From: Lophium mytilinum
Lineage: Eukaryota
Direction of reading: 5' to 3'
NCBI GenBank assembly: GCA_010093605.1
Contig: MU004191.1
Location: 1,720,816-1,784,815 of the forward strand
DNA: 64,000 nucleotides
Both the position numbers and the translations under genes were made by a program. Below the pieces are notes generated by a model that did not search any database, was not told the DNA's origin, and worked only from the letters and a program-made list of their open reading frames with translations. Of the stretch, positions 13,312-26,300 are shown piece by piece (position 1 is the first letter of the stretch; every line of letters begins with the position of its first letter).

Positions 13312-14374
13312 AGAGTGTTTCAGATGGGCATTTCGGGTCAAGGATGAGCGTTGTTTCTTAAATGTCTACGGGCTTTATGGATGTATTTATTTTCTACTCT
13401 TGGGCTCGAACATAGTAAGGAATAAGCGTGTGGAGGAAGTAGGTGCTTTAGTTTGAGCGAAGCCTTTTGGTTTTATTTTCCTAGTTGAAGAATTTCTGTT
13501 TTCCCAGATCTACTCGTCTAAAACCTCCTTTTCCAGCTTCCACGCCGCACACATACGGCCTTTGAGTATTAGTACGGTTGGCCGGAAATATCACGTGTAA
13601 GTCACGTGCATAACCTGCAAATATATCCTTGCACGTTACATACCCGCGTCACCGCAACCTTTCATCATTCACTCTACCCAATCACTAGAATTGGGGTGTT
13701 CCGTAGGGACGCAAGAAGACAAAGGGTTCTAGCATTCTTGTATGTGTAAGAATTGAGTCGCTCCCCGATCTAACAATCAACCGGAACTTGCTATAGTTCA
13801 TCATTGGCCAACAAGTCGTCGATCCTGTTCATGAGAGCACCGAATAGACTCCGAGACATTGATTCTGACATTGTGGATGTTGCAAAAGGATTCGTAGTGC
13901 ATAACACGTATTTCACAATGTTTGCAGTCGATGGGCTATGGCTATGTCTTAACAGAAGCATGGTTTACTTATGCAAGAGAGGATGTTGAGGCAGATTTTG
14001 AAGAAACCGAGCCAGCAGTGCTTGCCGATGAAGGACACGAGAGACACTTCGAGGATAAACATGGCCTGGACGGCAGCAATTGGCATTTTTCTTTTCATCA
14101 CGAAACGTGAATTCAGGACATGGTACGCGGCATAGGAAGAGAGTGGTGGGAGAAGGGGAATAGATTTCTATCAAGCGGTGGAACCGCTTGCATGCATTAG
14201 CTACGCTCTATTATAGAGCGTAGCCATCTTTCGGGAGGGAAAGCGAATGTCGCCGGAGAATGCTCGTTTACAATCGCAGAGTTAGGATATCATCTTGCTT
14301 AGATTGAGAGTCATGAGTAGGCTCCAGCTGTAGGGTCATCAAACCTCCCGCTCTTCATCAAGCGCGGGCCTGAT

Positions 14375-15271
14375 CTAATTGGCCAAGATTTGTCGGCACA
14401 TTGGGCAGGAGGTTTGAGCTCCCAGCGTATTCAGCCAATTCCCCAAACAAATTTTCCCAAAGACGTGTCGGCAAACTTTCGTCTTCACTGCAATGTGGTC
14501 CACATCGTAGCTTTCGTAGCACAGTGGGCAATTTTCTTCGGGTGGAACGGTGCAATCTTCTGTGACGGTGTTCATCAGTTGTTCGCCCTCAAGACGTCGC
14601 CTTTGTCGCTCCTGTTCCTCGGATTGTTCCCTCACTTGGTCGAATCGGAACATTTCTCGGAATTCTGCTGCAGCTGTCTCATGTGAATACCATGCAGGGC
14701 CCTGATAGCCGTGGTAAATGGCAAAGTTGACTCGCATGGTATCGACCGACTGGCCTTCAGTCACATGGCGAGCTGATGATCGGAGGTAGTCAAACCCGAA
14801 ATTTTGAACGACACGCTCTAACTCTTGTCGATATAGATCTGCTGTATGATGAGCAACGGATCCTATCCAATGCTCTGGCGGAACCAGGATGTCAGCCAGA
14901 CCTTCATTCTGCCTCGCAATGCGTATCAATTCTCGGAGAGACTGCAGGTATGGTTCGAGTTCCTCTAGAGCGGGGAAATACTGCACCATATTGGGACCGC
15001 GACGGCTGAAAGTTCGGTCTCGGTACATGGCCGTGTCAGCGGCGGCAGGGTCGAACCTGAATGCGTTGCAAACGATGTAGTCTTGAATGTCGACAAGACA
15101 GCGTAATAGTTGTCCACGCAGCAGCCAAGGTTCTGCAATGGGATGCTCGTGACCTTCGAGGCTCAGGTAGGATGCCAAGAACTCGATGTTCAACTCCGGA
15201 AGTGGAATGACCTCGGACGGAGCATTGCGATATTGCCAGGGAAATTCGGACTCTGGAGTAGTGTCAGCCAT
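14375..15271 (-). CDS. C-terminal RING-finger protein (putative E3 ligase), intronless
   Basis: CPLC-x13-CRHVFGKICLGNWL-x8-CPMCR at the C-terminus; the N-terminal part is not recognised. Confidence 0.78.
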   Translation of the reverse strand: MADTTPESEFPWQYRNAPSEVIPLPELNIEFLASYLSLEGHEHPIAEPWLLRGQLLRCLVDIQDYIVCNAFRFDPAAADTAMYRDRTFSRRGPNMVQYFPALEELEPYLQSLRELIRIARQNEGLADILVPPEHWIGSVAHHTADLYRQELERVVQNFGFDYLRSSARHVTEGQSVDTMRVNFAIYHGYQGPAWYSHETAAAEFREMFRFDQVREQSEEQERQRRRLEGEQLMNTVTEDCTVPPEENCPLCYESYDVDHIAVKTKVCRHVFGKICLGNWLNTLGAQTSCPMCRQILAN

Positions 15272-16351
15272 GGCTGTGTTCCAACTAGCCCGAGAGATTT
15301 GTGTGCCGATGTTTGATTTGGGGAGCTTGTGTCCTTGTTGAGTTTTTGAGCTGAGCTGGTGTTTGCACAGGTCAGCGTTGGAAGTATGAAGTTTTGTGCG
15401 GTTGGGGAAGCATGGAATGGCCTCTTAAGTACCTGTTTGATCATATATCATTGTTAAGTAATTTGAAGAATGTTGTTCATTTTACATTTGCTCAAAAATT
15501 GCAACATCTCGTCGTAACAAGAACTTTGTTAGCGATAATACACACGCTGATGAGAAGTATGACAGCTTTGATAATCACAATGTTGCTTGTATGAACCAGA
15601 CCCTCAGATGGAGAAATAAGCTGGGTGGCTCAGTTATCCATCTGCAAAAGTCTATTTGGATGCGAAGTAATGTAGTGTCGAGTGCCTTAGGTTATTGACG
15701 CCTGAGAACACAAGACTACTTACGGGGGAATACCTTTGTACTGAACAATACATGTATGTACCTGTGAGCCGCGAGCCCTAGCACTGCTAAACAAGCCTAA
15801 TGAAAATAGGACATAGGAAGCTTCAGACCATGGCTTTGCGCGGATTTGTGGATTGCCACTGTGTGTTCAACGAAGGCGCGTGTGTCTTCCATCTGAAGGG
15901 GAAATCGTGGCTCTGTCCTTGCGAATTTGGCCACTTAGTGGCGCCCCCTATCTGCACCGCGTCGAGATCTGTGTATTCTAGGTGGCTGAAGCGAAACACT
16001 ACCTAACTCAGGTCTAGTTCACCGTCCAGAACCTCAAATTCGGCCCCCCGCGAACGCCACCGCTAACTTTGTATAGGCGCTTGATGCAAATAGGTTTGAC
16101 GCCATTCAATAATCAGGGGACGCGCTGTGAGGCATAAATGCAGCCCTGCCGCATTCTCTGGACCTCTTCTTCAAAATCCCAAACTTCTCGCGCTGTCCGT
16201 CGCCCGCCTGTCTTTCCCCTAATTCAAATAGGTCGGAATGTGATGACGATGTTGGAAAGAGCTCCTAAAACCCCAACTCTTTGAGACGTCAACGTTGCTC
16301 GTGGCCGACATTGTTACACTCCATATCTATCAAACGTCCAAAGCACAAGTC

Positions 16352-16915
16352 ATGAAGGAGTCATTCAAACCTCCAAACGCCTCGATTTGCGGCCTTCGCA
16401 AACGCACATTTTGGATTATATGTGCCCTCGCTCTCGCCATTGCAGCTGCAGTAATAGGTGGAGCAGCAGGCGCCCTTGTCATGGAAGAAAGTAGCCATCA
16501 CATGACACCAACAGCCATCCAATCATCCTCAACCTCTACAACCACATCTACAACCACTCTTCAGCTCTCGCCAACATTCACCCCTGCTTCTCCAACACCC
16601 ACAGCAGTAACTATCGACTGCCCGCGCTCGGACAACGCTACCTTCACGACCTCAAATGGCGAGCATTGGCTCCGCAGATGCAACGTCGATTTCGGAGGTC
16701 CGATACCTGTTAATGGGAACTACAAGACGTATTCGATGGGAGAGTGTCTTGAGATTTGTGCAACTGTAACGCCGAAATGCTATGGCGTGACGTGGGTATA
16801 TGCGCAGCCGCAGGGGGTGGGAGATAGCTATTGTTGGCTGCATGAAGAACGATTAGACGGCGACGGGGTACCAGGGAGGGTTATGATGGAGAGTGCTGTG
16901 TTGATAAATGGATAA
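16352..16915 (+). CDS. Single-pass membrane protein with Ser/Thr stalk and Cys-containing PAN/apple-like ectodomain
   Basis: ICGLRKRTFWIICALALAIAAAVIGGAAG transmembrane segment, S/T-rich linker, then CP..D ... C..DF ... ECLEICA...CYGVTW ... CWLH. The start codon is uncertain. Confidence 0.65.
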   Translation: MKESFKPPNASICGLRKRTFWIICALALAIAAAVIGGAAGALVMEESSHHMTPTAIQSSSTSTTTSTTTLQLSPTFTPASPTPTAVTIDCPRSDNATFTTSNGEHWLRRCNVDFGGPIPVNGNYKTYSMGECLEICATVTPKCYGVTWVYAQPQGVGDSYCWLHEERLDGDGVPGRVMMESAVLING

Positions 16916-17559
16916 AGATGCATTGTGATGGGCTCTATGAGCTTGAATGACGTGTGACGTCTATATGCTACTCAAGTTGCGAAAAGTAGTCAGGGCCACC
17001 CATGCGTCTGAAAAACGGACTTATTCCCCTTCCAATCTAGGCCCCGACATCGTTCCATTTTACTAGGCCGGTTACGAGTCAATTGAGTGTTATGTCTAGG
17101 GTTTCTCATCTAGCCTCATCCTTCAAGACTCAGCGCTAAATCCTCGACGACTCTTACAACGAAGCGCTGATATTGTCAGTCTGAGAGCGATACAACTCGG
17201 CGCACTATCGTTCCATCTTATCTGGGGGCTTCTTATAATATTGTGGGTTGATGTCAGCACTAGACTCTGTTACCAATGTATAAGCCTGCCTACTAGCATC
17301 ATCAGCAGCACACTACAATGAATTATATTAAGAGGCCGGCGATTTACCCGTGACCTTCCTTATTCTTAGTAAGACCTACTCCCGCTTTTACCATATACAC
17401 ACGATCCTAGCTCTCAGCCCCGTCTAGCGCCGATCAGAAGCGTATACGGCGTATACCAGAGTATGATTTAAGTAAGGGTACTTCCTCTGTTAAACTCTTT
17501 TTCTCCCTACTTCAACTTTACCATCGCTCTTCAATACTTTCCACAAGAATTTCATCATA

Positions 17560-18684
17560 ATGGCCCCTAACAAATCAATCATCTTCCAAAAAACCGTGGA
17601 CGAAGTCCCCATCCCTGGCACCCACCTCAGCATCGAAGACCGTCCAATCGACCTCTCCCTCCCTCCTCCCGATGGCGGTCTCCTGCTCAAAAACTACTAC
17701 CTCTCCGTAGACCCCTACATGCGCACGCGCATGGAAGCACGATTCCCCAAGTTCTACGTCTCGTTCTTCGACGTCGGCGAGCCGATCCACAACGGTGGCG
17801 TCGCCAAAGTGCTCAAGTCGCGGAACCCCAAGTTCGCTGAAGGCGATGTCGTTTACTTCTTCAATGATAAGGGCCTCCCGTTCCAGGAGTACACGGTCTG
17901 CGATGCCGCAATGGCCGAGATTCCGTTCAAAGTGGAAAATCCCTACAATGTCGACGTCCGCCATTACGTCGGCGCGCTTGGCCTCGCGGGACTGACGGCG
18001 TACGGGTCGCTTTATGAGATCGGGAAGCCGAAGGCGGGTGAGACGATCTTGGTGTCTGCGGCTAGTGGGGCCGTTGGGCAGCTTGTTGGGCAGCTGGCGA
18101 AGAAGGAGGGCCTTAGGGTTCTTGGTAGTGTGGGGAGCGATGAGAAGCTGAAGTATATTGTTGATGAGTTGGGGTTCGATGGCGGGTTTAACTACAAGAC
18201 GGAGGAGCCACGTAAGGCGCTGAAGAGGCTGGCACTAAACGGGGTTGATATCTACTATGATAACGTGGGTGGACCGTTGCTGGAGGCCGCCCTTGGCGAG
18301 ATGAACTTGTTTGGGCGGGTTGGTAAGTGGTTTCCGTGACCTTCTCATCTTGGCCAGACTTGCTAATTTGATGGCATAGTGTCTTCTGGTATGATCTGCG
18401 ACTACAATAAGCAACCGGAGAATCGGTACGGAGTGAAGAGTCTCAGGGCGATTTACATGCGGCGCATCACCTTTCAGGGTTTCATTTGCATTGACGAGAA
18501 CATTCTCAAGCACTTCCCCGCGATGCAAGAGGCTATAGGGAAGGGACTTGCCGACGGCTCGATCAAATTCAAGCAGGACATCACGGTAGGCATTGAGAAT
18601 GCAATCGGTGCCTTTTTGGATTTGCTAAATGGTGGCAATAATGGGAAGGCACTAGTCCAGCTCGCGGATCTAGACGTAGACTGA
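17560..18684 (+). CDS. NADP-dependent MDR-family alkenal/prostaglandin reductase-like oxidoreductase; 2 exons
   Basis: YLSVDPYMR, GALGLAGLTAY, ETILVSAASGAVGQLVGQLAK, DIYYDNVGG and GGNNGKALV. Intron about 18323-18379. Confidence 0.93.
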
Positions 18685-19444
18685 ACAAATTATGGCTGCC
18701 TATGGTTTGCGTCAATCCAATCATCTCACGAACAATTCTCATTACAGCTCTACGCAACTTGAAACCCCTCATCGAGAACTTACTTGCTGATCACTTACAA
18801 ATAATATAGGCCCACAACAGATCCTTGAAAGCAAACGTATCAGTCGCAAAAAAGCGAACAACTCTACGAGGGGGGTTGAAAGCGCCAGGTAGCACCCTTC
18901 GCGGAATTCCACTAACCGAAAGTCCCCACCCCCATCATCTCACCTATGTATCGCTTGTGTCGCCACCGAGTGAAATCCACATAAGCGCAGTCATGCGGAG
19001 AGACCTCTGCTGCCTGAACGCGAGTACATGCATGAGTGAGAGGCGCTGTCGGATGCACCCTGCTAAAACCCTAATGTACACATATACTAGTTGCTGATGT
19101 CCAATCAGCAACGTCTGATCTGCACGCATGCCTGCAGTATTGCGGGACCTTATCTGAATTGGATGCACCGCATTGGGTGTCCCAAGACTACGCCTCCATA
19201 CAAAGGTAGGATTCGCAACGGCTACGGCACAGCTGTTGCCTTGTGAGGCTGTTTTCGAGACCGAAACAGAGTATATAAGTGGCCTCAATTCTCGAATTTT
19301 ATAGTGCCTCACCACCTTCTTTCCCATACCTCCTACTTCCTATATCAGCTTGTCAAAACTTCTTCTCAGCCTCTTAAACTCTCGATCTCGACTCAAAATT
19401 CATACTTCTCATCTTAGCAAGACTCCTTGCTCCACACTTCCACC

Positions 19445-21139
19445 ATGGGCGCCACAAAAGAGATCCCTCTGCCTCACGCAGACTCCCACAACGCTGCCTT
19501 CGCCGAATTCAAGCACCACACCAGCGGCCAACGCGTCGTCAGCGACTTCGCCGTCCTCGAACTGCTCCGCAAAACCCACCCCGAGTACCATGTCACCACG
19601 GTCGACCCCAAGAACTGCGCTCTCCTCGAGTTCGCAAACGCAGGCAAAGCAACCGCAACGCTGAACCCCACCGACGACGCCTTCAACGCCACCCGCACCT
19701 GGCAACCCGTCGGCACCGGAACATCCAAGAAATCCCACCCAGGCGAACTCACCGACCACATCCGCTTCGCCCAATACACCTACACCTGGGACTCGCGAGA
19801 CTTCCTCCTCTACGAAACCGAATGGACCGACATGCTGCGCCCGCCCACCAAACTCTTCTACATCCTGTCCCCGCGCCCCTCCACCTCCGGCCACTCCCCG
19901 GCCACCGACGCCCTCCTCCTCGCCGCCGGCAAATGGTCCTCAGCGCTACACTCCGAAATCTACGTCTTCGACAACGCGCACTGGACAAAAAGCAAAGCGC
20001 TCTGGACCGCCGTGCACGGCTCCACCTGGGACTCCGTGATCCTCGACGCCGCCATGAAGCAATCCCTCATCTCTGACGTCCTCGGCTTCTTCGACGCGCA
20101 GCCCCTCTATTCCGAACTCGCCGTCCCCTGGAAACGCGGCATCATCCTGCACGGCGTGCCCGGCAACGGCAAAACCATCTCCATCAAAGCGCTCATGTGC
20201 GCCCTCTACGCCCGCGACATCCCAATCCCGTCGCTGTATGTGAAGAGCTTCGAGAACTGCAAAGGCCCGCAGGCGTCGATCCAGTCGATCTTCGCGCAGG
20301 CAAGGGCGTCGGCGCCGTGTTTGCTCGTCTTCGAGGATCTGGATAGCTTGGTGCAGGATGAGAGTCGGAGTTATTTTCTGAATGAGGTGGATGGGTTGGA
20401 TGATAATGAGGGGATTTTGATGGTGGGGAGTACGAATCATTTGGAGAGGCTGGATCCGGCGATTGCGAGGAGGCCGAGTCGGTTTGATCGGAAGTATTGG
20501 TTTAAGGTGCCGGGGGTGAAAGAGCGCGAGGCGTACGCGGCGTACTGGAAGCGGAAGCTTGAGGGGAGTGGCGCGGGGGGGAGGGTGGAGTTTCCCGAGG
20601 GGCTGTGTAGGGTGGTGGGGGCGTTGACGGAGGGGTTTAGTTTTGCGTATTTGAAGGAGTTGTTTGTAATGGCGTTGTTGACGGTTGCGCGAGGGGGTGT
20701 TGTTGTGGACGCGGACGAAAACGAGGAGAAAGACGACAAGGAGACGAAGGGGGAGGCTGCGCCAGCCGAGCATGGCAACCCTTGGGCTGAGGAGAGAAAG
20801 AAGGACGAGACCACACCCAACGATTCCTCCGAGGTCCCCGAAACCGAGACAGCTTGCACGTGCTGCAAAGCGCACGTCCAACTCCGCACCCAGGAAGTCT
20901 CCGACACCATGAAGCAACCAACCGCAAACGACGCCGTGAACAACACCAAGAACACCCGCGAGATCCCTGACGTTGAGATCCCGCCCGAGCTCCGCGATAA
21001 TGCTTTCCTCAGGGTCATCAAGCACCAGATCAAGATCCTGCTGGCTGAAATGGACAACACGGCGGAGGAGGAGTGGTCGTCTGAGAAAGCACCTAAGCAG
21101 GATCGAGGACGAGTGCCGAGAAGGGGGGAGTGTCTGTAG
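19445..21139 (+). CDS. Single-domain AAA+ ATPase (fungal family), intronless
   Basis: PWKRGIILHGVPGNGKT (Walker A), LLVFEDLDSL (Walker B), FLNEVDG and STNHLERLDPAIARRPSRFDRK (second region of homology). ATG at 19445 in a CACCATGG context. Confidence 0.92.
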   Translation: MGATKEIPLPHADSHNAAFAEFKHHTSGQRVVSDFAVLELLRKTHPEYHVTTVDPKNCALLEFANAGKATATLNPTDDAFNATRTWQPVGTGTSKKSHPGELTDHIRFAQYTYTWDSRDFLLYETEWTDMLRPPTKLFYILSPRPSTSGHSPATDALLLAAGKWSSALHSEIYVFDNAHWTKSKALWTAVHGSTWDSVILDAAMKQSLISDVLGFFDAQPLYSELAVPWKRGIILHGVPGNGKTISIKALMCALYARDIPIPSLYVKSFENCKGPQASIQSIFAQARASAPCLLVFEDLDSLVQDESRSYFLNEVDGLDDNEGILMVGSTNHLERLDPAIARRPSRFDRKYWFKVPGVKEREAYAAYWKRKLEGSGAGGRVEFPEGLCRVVGALTEGFSFAYLKELFVMALLTVARGGVVVDADENEEKDDKETKGEAAPAEHGNPWAEERKKDETTPNDSSEVPETETACTCCKAHVQLRTQEVSDTMKQPTANDAVNNTKNTREIPDVEIPPELRDNAFLRVIKHQIKILLAEMDNTAEEEWSSEKAPKQDRGRVPRRGECL

Positions 21140-22611
21140 AATTCTCGGGCTACAGTGATGGAGGGACGGTTGGTGAACACTGATATTGAGAATGAGTGGG
21201 CGAGTGAGTTTAGTCTATCGATATAGATCTATCATGAAATTTTGCGTTTATCCGGTATTTCGGGAGAGTGATGAGCTTTGGCGAATGAGGTGATGGTGAT
21301 AACGCTACTCTGTTGAAGGGAGCCTAATACAGTGATATTTATCTGTCGTTTACTGCTGCGTGGGGAGCCTCATCCCATTTTCAAGATTCCAAAAGAGAGA
21401 GAAGTTCAGCATTTTGAACGACTAGAAAACTCGCGAGGCTACCCTAAGCAGTGTTAGAGAAGTGTATACAGATTCGAGGTACCATGAACGTCTAAACCGG
21501 GAGCCTGAAAATATCTTGACACAGCACAAGCAGCGGCGGAGAGGTGTGCGATCATCTATAACGAGGAATAGGAGGAAACGCGCGATAAGAAATAGAGGAG
21601 GAAGCTGGCGGGGGAAAAATGACAACTTCTATATACGTGACAGTAGAATGGAAGCAAGTACCTCTGCAAACGGACCGAGGTGTAGAGAAGTGATGGCAAA
21701 GAGGCTGGAGTAAGAGAAGTATGTGATCGTGTAGTGTTCTGTCGAAACTGTAGTGCCTGTGATGGATGGGAAATTGGGGGCACGTGATGATGCTCGAGGT
21801 CACACCCCCTTCCTCCCTCCCCTACTTTCCTACACTATATAAACCCCCCCACTCCCCAGACCGCTTTAAAGCAAAGGAGAACTTCTATAGGAGTTTAAAC
21901 TGGGATAACTACTGGATGACATGGTCTAGTCTGCGGAGTCAAACTGGATTGGTCAAACTGCTATATGATTGCTTGGGTCGGTGAGATCAACAGCACAGTG
22001 GTCGACGCGCCATGGCCGCTCGGGTGGCGTGTGGGCGTGGTGGATTAACAACTGGATTCAGCGGAACCAATGGAGTGGTGTTTGGGTGTGGAGGATCAAA
22101 TCTGGACGACCCATCCCCAATGGAGTGGTGGTGGACTGAGAAGTGGCAGGACAAGATCTGATGGAGAGAAGGTCGTGTGTTGGAGATCAGCAAACAGCGG
22201 ATGATTTGGGAATATGGAGCTGTGGCGGAGGAGTTTCTGGGGTGGAGTAGAACTGAGATAGTGATGGAGTGCAAGTCTAACTCTTTTTGACGCCCTCCAC
22301 GGCTTCGGCGAGCAAGCGAATCGTGTTTGAGCGCCGTGATAATCCGCACTATCCCTATGAGTTGACGAGGAAAAGTAATAAAGAATAACGACAAGAACCA
22401 TCATCACTGATGCTCACTTACCGGAATCCCTAGCGACCATGTGGAGACGTGGAAGAAGTTTTCGATCCAGCACACTGCCCTCTCCACCATGAGGAAAATG
22501 CTACGCTTGTTTTTACACGATCCCGCACCATGCGCACCAGACTGGCGCTGGATTTGCTCCAAATCCTGTCCAACCCACTCCGTGCTTCCTCAGTACTCGA
22601 GAACGGGGGGC

Positions 22612-22676
22612 TTTTATATTCCACCACGGAGATGTTTTTGTCAAGCACGTGCTGGACACGTGCCGTTCAGCACGTC
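22612..22676 (-). promoter_or_regulatory. TATA box with an upstream cluster of E-boxes driving a minus-strand unit with no clear ORF
   Basis: TATAAAA at 22618-22612 (minus strand); CACGTG at 22646 and 22657; CACGTC at 22671; a canonical intron downstream at 22421-22158. Confidence 0.45.
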
Positions 22677-23393
22677 GCGATGCCTCTTGGCGCTGGTCGT
22701 AGGTCGTGCTCTAGCGTGCTCGTAAGGAGCTCTCCGATGTGTACAGGCGGCTTTCGTTTTCAATGGCGAATTGTGAGGTTCAAGGCGTGGGAATTAGACT
22801 CACGGGTCGCATGTTTGCGTCGCAGCGCCTATCCAACCGTCTGGGGACCTCCACTGCCCTCTCACAAGCCTGCAAAACCACACATCACATCTGCCCAACT
22901 TCGCACCCACAAGAAAAAGCCAATTCATTCTTCAATAAACAATCGTTTCGGCCCACCATACCAGGTGGCTATATATACAGTTCTCCCCTTCCGCTCCAAA
23001 AGAAACCAGAATAAGTCGTTGAGTTAGATATCTGCAAGCTGCTGAAATAACTCCCTAGAATGTGCATACCACGGACTGAATACCAGATGATAGCATAGCC
23101 ATAATCATTACCGATAACCAAAAGCCCGAGACCAGAGTGGACGGGTATCAAAAATGTAGGGTATCGTGAAGGTAAGAATAGGGAAGTATCGCTTTTGGGA
23201 AATCCCGGAGCCGCTGAACGCCCATTTCGCTCTAAGACTGAGAGAAAAGACAGGTTAATGAGGTGTGAGACGCTAATGTAATCGGGAAGGTGTGGTATGA
23301 TAAAATACGCTAGGACAAGGTCCCAGCAGAAGATGGCAGCAGCCACAAACTTCTCCAGTCGAGAGAGTAAAGTAACAGTTTGTGCATGGGCTC

Positions 23394-26300
23394 TTAATCG
23401 TCGAGATCGATGACGACGCGCTGAGGTCGAGGTTGAGGATCTGGCGCGGCAGACCGCGTAGGCAGAGCTGTCGATGACTGCTGAGGCGGTTGTGGCTCCT
23501 CGGCCTCCGGAGTATCAGGGTCACGGACGCTGTTCTTGTCTCTCTTCTCTGGCTTCGGTTTCCAGCTGCCGTCTTGATCGACGATGATCTCTCTCGTGTC
23601 CAAAAGGGCCTTTTCCGCCAGGGTCTTGCGCACTTCCTCCATGAAGCCGTCGACGAAAAGAGTAGATGGACGTACATCTGCTTTGCATATCGGGCATCGC
23701 CAGTTGTCGACGACCGTGGGCCATGTCGGGTGTTTCCTTTTGCGGGTCTGAAGAAATGTCTCTAGATCGAAGCAGTCCTTATGCTGGCAGTCTCGTCCAC
23801 GAACAGGGATGTCGAAGATTTTGTATGCGCTGATCGGATCAAAGAGGGTGATTGAAATGTTACTACTTGTAATGCATAGGTCGTCGTCAGCATCCAGGCC
23901 TGCTAAGCTGGCCCTGATAGCATTGAGAATATTCGAGGCCGGCTGTCGATTCTTCGTGCATTGCAATTTGATGTTTTCGTGAGTTGTCACTCCTACGATC
24001 TCAATCGCCAGAGCATAGTTGAATGCCGCTCCTTTGTATTTCCTTATCGTACTAATTTCCAATTGATTTTCGCCTTCTCTGAGCAACGTGGTGAGGTCGA
24101 TAGGCAAATCCTTTCCGTGGTGAAGTTTCCTGCGTGGTTCCAGACGGTTTCCGTTGAGCTTGAAGTAGGTAGAAGGAATCCATGCCGAGTCTGCTGTAAA
24201 CCACATCGGTTCTGTTACTGCCTCGTTTGAGGTCCATTTGACACATCGGAGACGGTACGTCTCGGCGGACCCGTCGATAATGCGGGAGGCCGGATTAGAC
24301 GGCTCTCGTTTTCTGTCTTTTGCAATGCGTGCAAAATCGAATTTATCGATGGAGAATGTCCATGTCTGTTTTGGCGGATTGGGAGGCAAGGGGTTGCAAG
24401 ATAGTATTTTCGGCGTTACAGCAAAACCTTTCACATATCGGTAGAGTAGGTTGGGCATAGGACCGTTAAGTTGATTAGCTATAAGGACTGGACTCCTCAG
24501 AAGGCCTTGGTGAATTGCTGATCTCGCCGGATTGGGGTCAATCGGCTGCGGCGGTTGGTAGCCACGAGGTGGGTATATCGGTCGAGCCAACTGGTACTCT
24601 CTCGCCGCCAATTGAGGCAGATTCGATTGCGGTAAGTTCCTTGGTGGCGCCTGTTGGGTTGTAGGCCGGCCTATTGGGCCATGGGTGGCAATCAACTGAG
24701 GACGACCGGGACCGTTACGAAGTGTGGCTTGATTCCCGTCATCTATTCGAGGGCGGCCGGGACCACGACGAGGCTGAGGAACGTAGGCGTTCGCCGCATT
24801 TGAGTGAACCCGTTGAACGCTTCCAATTGGACCGACTCTTTGAATGCCTGCAGCTTGCGCCACGTCTGGCAGCGATCCAAATGGAGGGCTGTGATTGACG
24901 CCTTGGGGCGGGCCTGTGCAATTATTTTGCTGGATCGTGGGCGAATGGGCGAGTGTTGCTTGCGGACGCCGCTGTTGATTAGGTCTTAGCAGACTGTCAA
25001 TTGTTTTCTTCAGGCTGTGGAGGAGAGCCTGCAGGCTTTTCCTATAGTGGCTATCTTCTTCATCGCTAGCAACTTGGCCGTTTGAGATCCAGCCGTCTTT
25101 ATTCCATCTCGCTAGGAAAGTGCGCTCGTTTTGCTCGAAAAGAGTCTCGGCTTCCTGCTCCCAGACGCTTGGGTCCACCGGCAGTATTTGAATAGTATTC
25201 CAGATGCTCCGCCGCATGCAGCGCCATACGATGGCTCGGAGGGTTGTGGAGTTAATGCCCAGCACATCGTAGAGCTCTCGGGCGAGTGGGGGCCATCCCC
25301 TACGGTTACAATATTCTTTGAGAGGAAGATATTGAGAGCCGAAAAGTTTAGCGAACCTGATGACCGATTGCTGTTCCTGGTGATAGCGAGTTGGCCAGTC
25401 GACAGCTATTTGCGCGAGCGGATATGGATATGCCGCGAACCACTCTAAGAGATTGTACGACGCATTTTGGTTGGGAAGAGTGATGTTACACGAAAGGCCT
25501 TCGTTGGACCCCAGTACTTCGGCTAAGTACTCTAAGGTGGCTTTCAACTCCGGTAAACTGCGTAGCCCCAAGGGTAAGAGGTGAGGACACGACTGTGCCA
25601 TACAGTAGTACTGGTGGACGGTCAAGTAAGCGAGGTCACGACGTTTGAGAGCATCCTCTAATACGCTTATCCGCTGCCGGTCGTAACGGCTGAGCTGATT
25701 GCCAGCCTGATTCATGAGTAGTCCAAGCCTGGCTTCACAGTCGCCAATAGTGAAGTAGTTCGCGTCGGGGATAGAAGGCGGCAGTGTTGGCGTTCCGGGC
25801 TGAGATCTCGCCTGCTGCTGGTTCTGCATTTCCGGATTGCTGTAAGACCTGACCGGGGTTTGCACTTGTTGATGCTGAGGCATTGTGAGGTTTTGGGGGC
25901 GGAACTGAGACTGTGGGCGGCCTGGAGGCACGAACTGTTGCACGGGCTGCGGTCTCGTAAAGGTTTGACTGGCCTGCCGATGTGGTACTTGATTTTGTCT
26001 TTGGGTTACTACGGGCCTCGACGCAGACATGTCGCTAGATGCATGGCGTTTGCTGAGGTGGTCAAGGCCTCTCACAGCGGCGCGTTTTCGCACTGCTTCC
26101 ATTGGAGTGGGAGGTCTCGACGCGTCGCTGAAATTGTCTGGACTCCGACGCAGTGGGGCGCTGGGGGGTTCCATAGTGAGGTCATCGCTGGGTGATGGAG
26201 ACGGAAGCAGATTGGAGGATTGAGGGGTTGTATTCTTCGGAGGCGCTATCGTGTTCGCGAGGTATGGGGAAGTCGAGTTGGACGGCGCGTGTCTCTCGGA

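Noticed and set aside
13800..14110. Acidic ORF fragment (GYGYVLTEAWFTYAREDVEADFEE)
   Set aside because: No proper start or family match; cannot be supported as a gene.
19946..21180. Long antisense ORFs (359 and 247 aa) over the AAA ATPase
   Set aside because: Shadow ORFs caused by strong codon bias; no motifs.
21400..23300. Telomerase RNA, U3, RNase P/MRP or TPP riboswitch as the identity of the non-coding interval
   Set aside because: No TAACCCTAA template or other diagnostic conserved boxes found.
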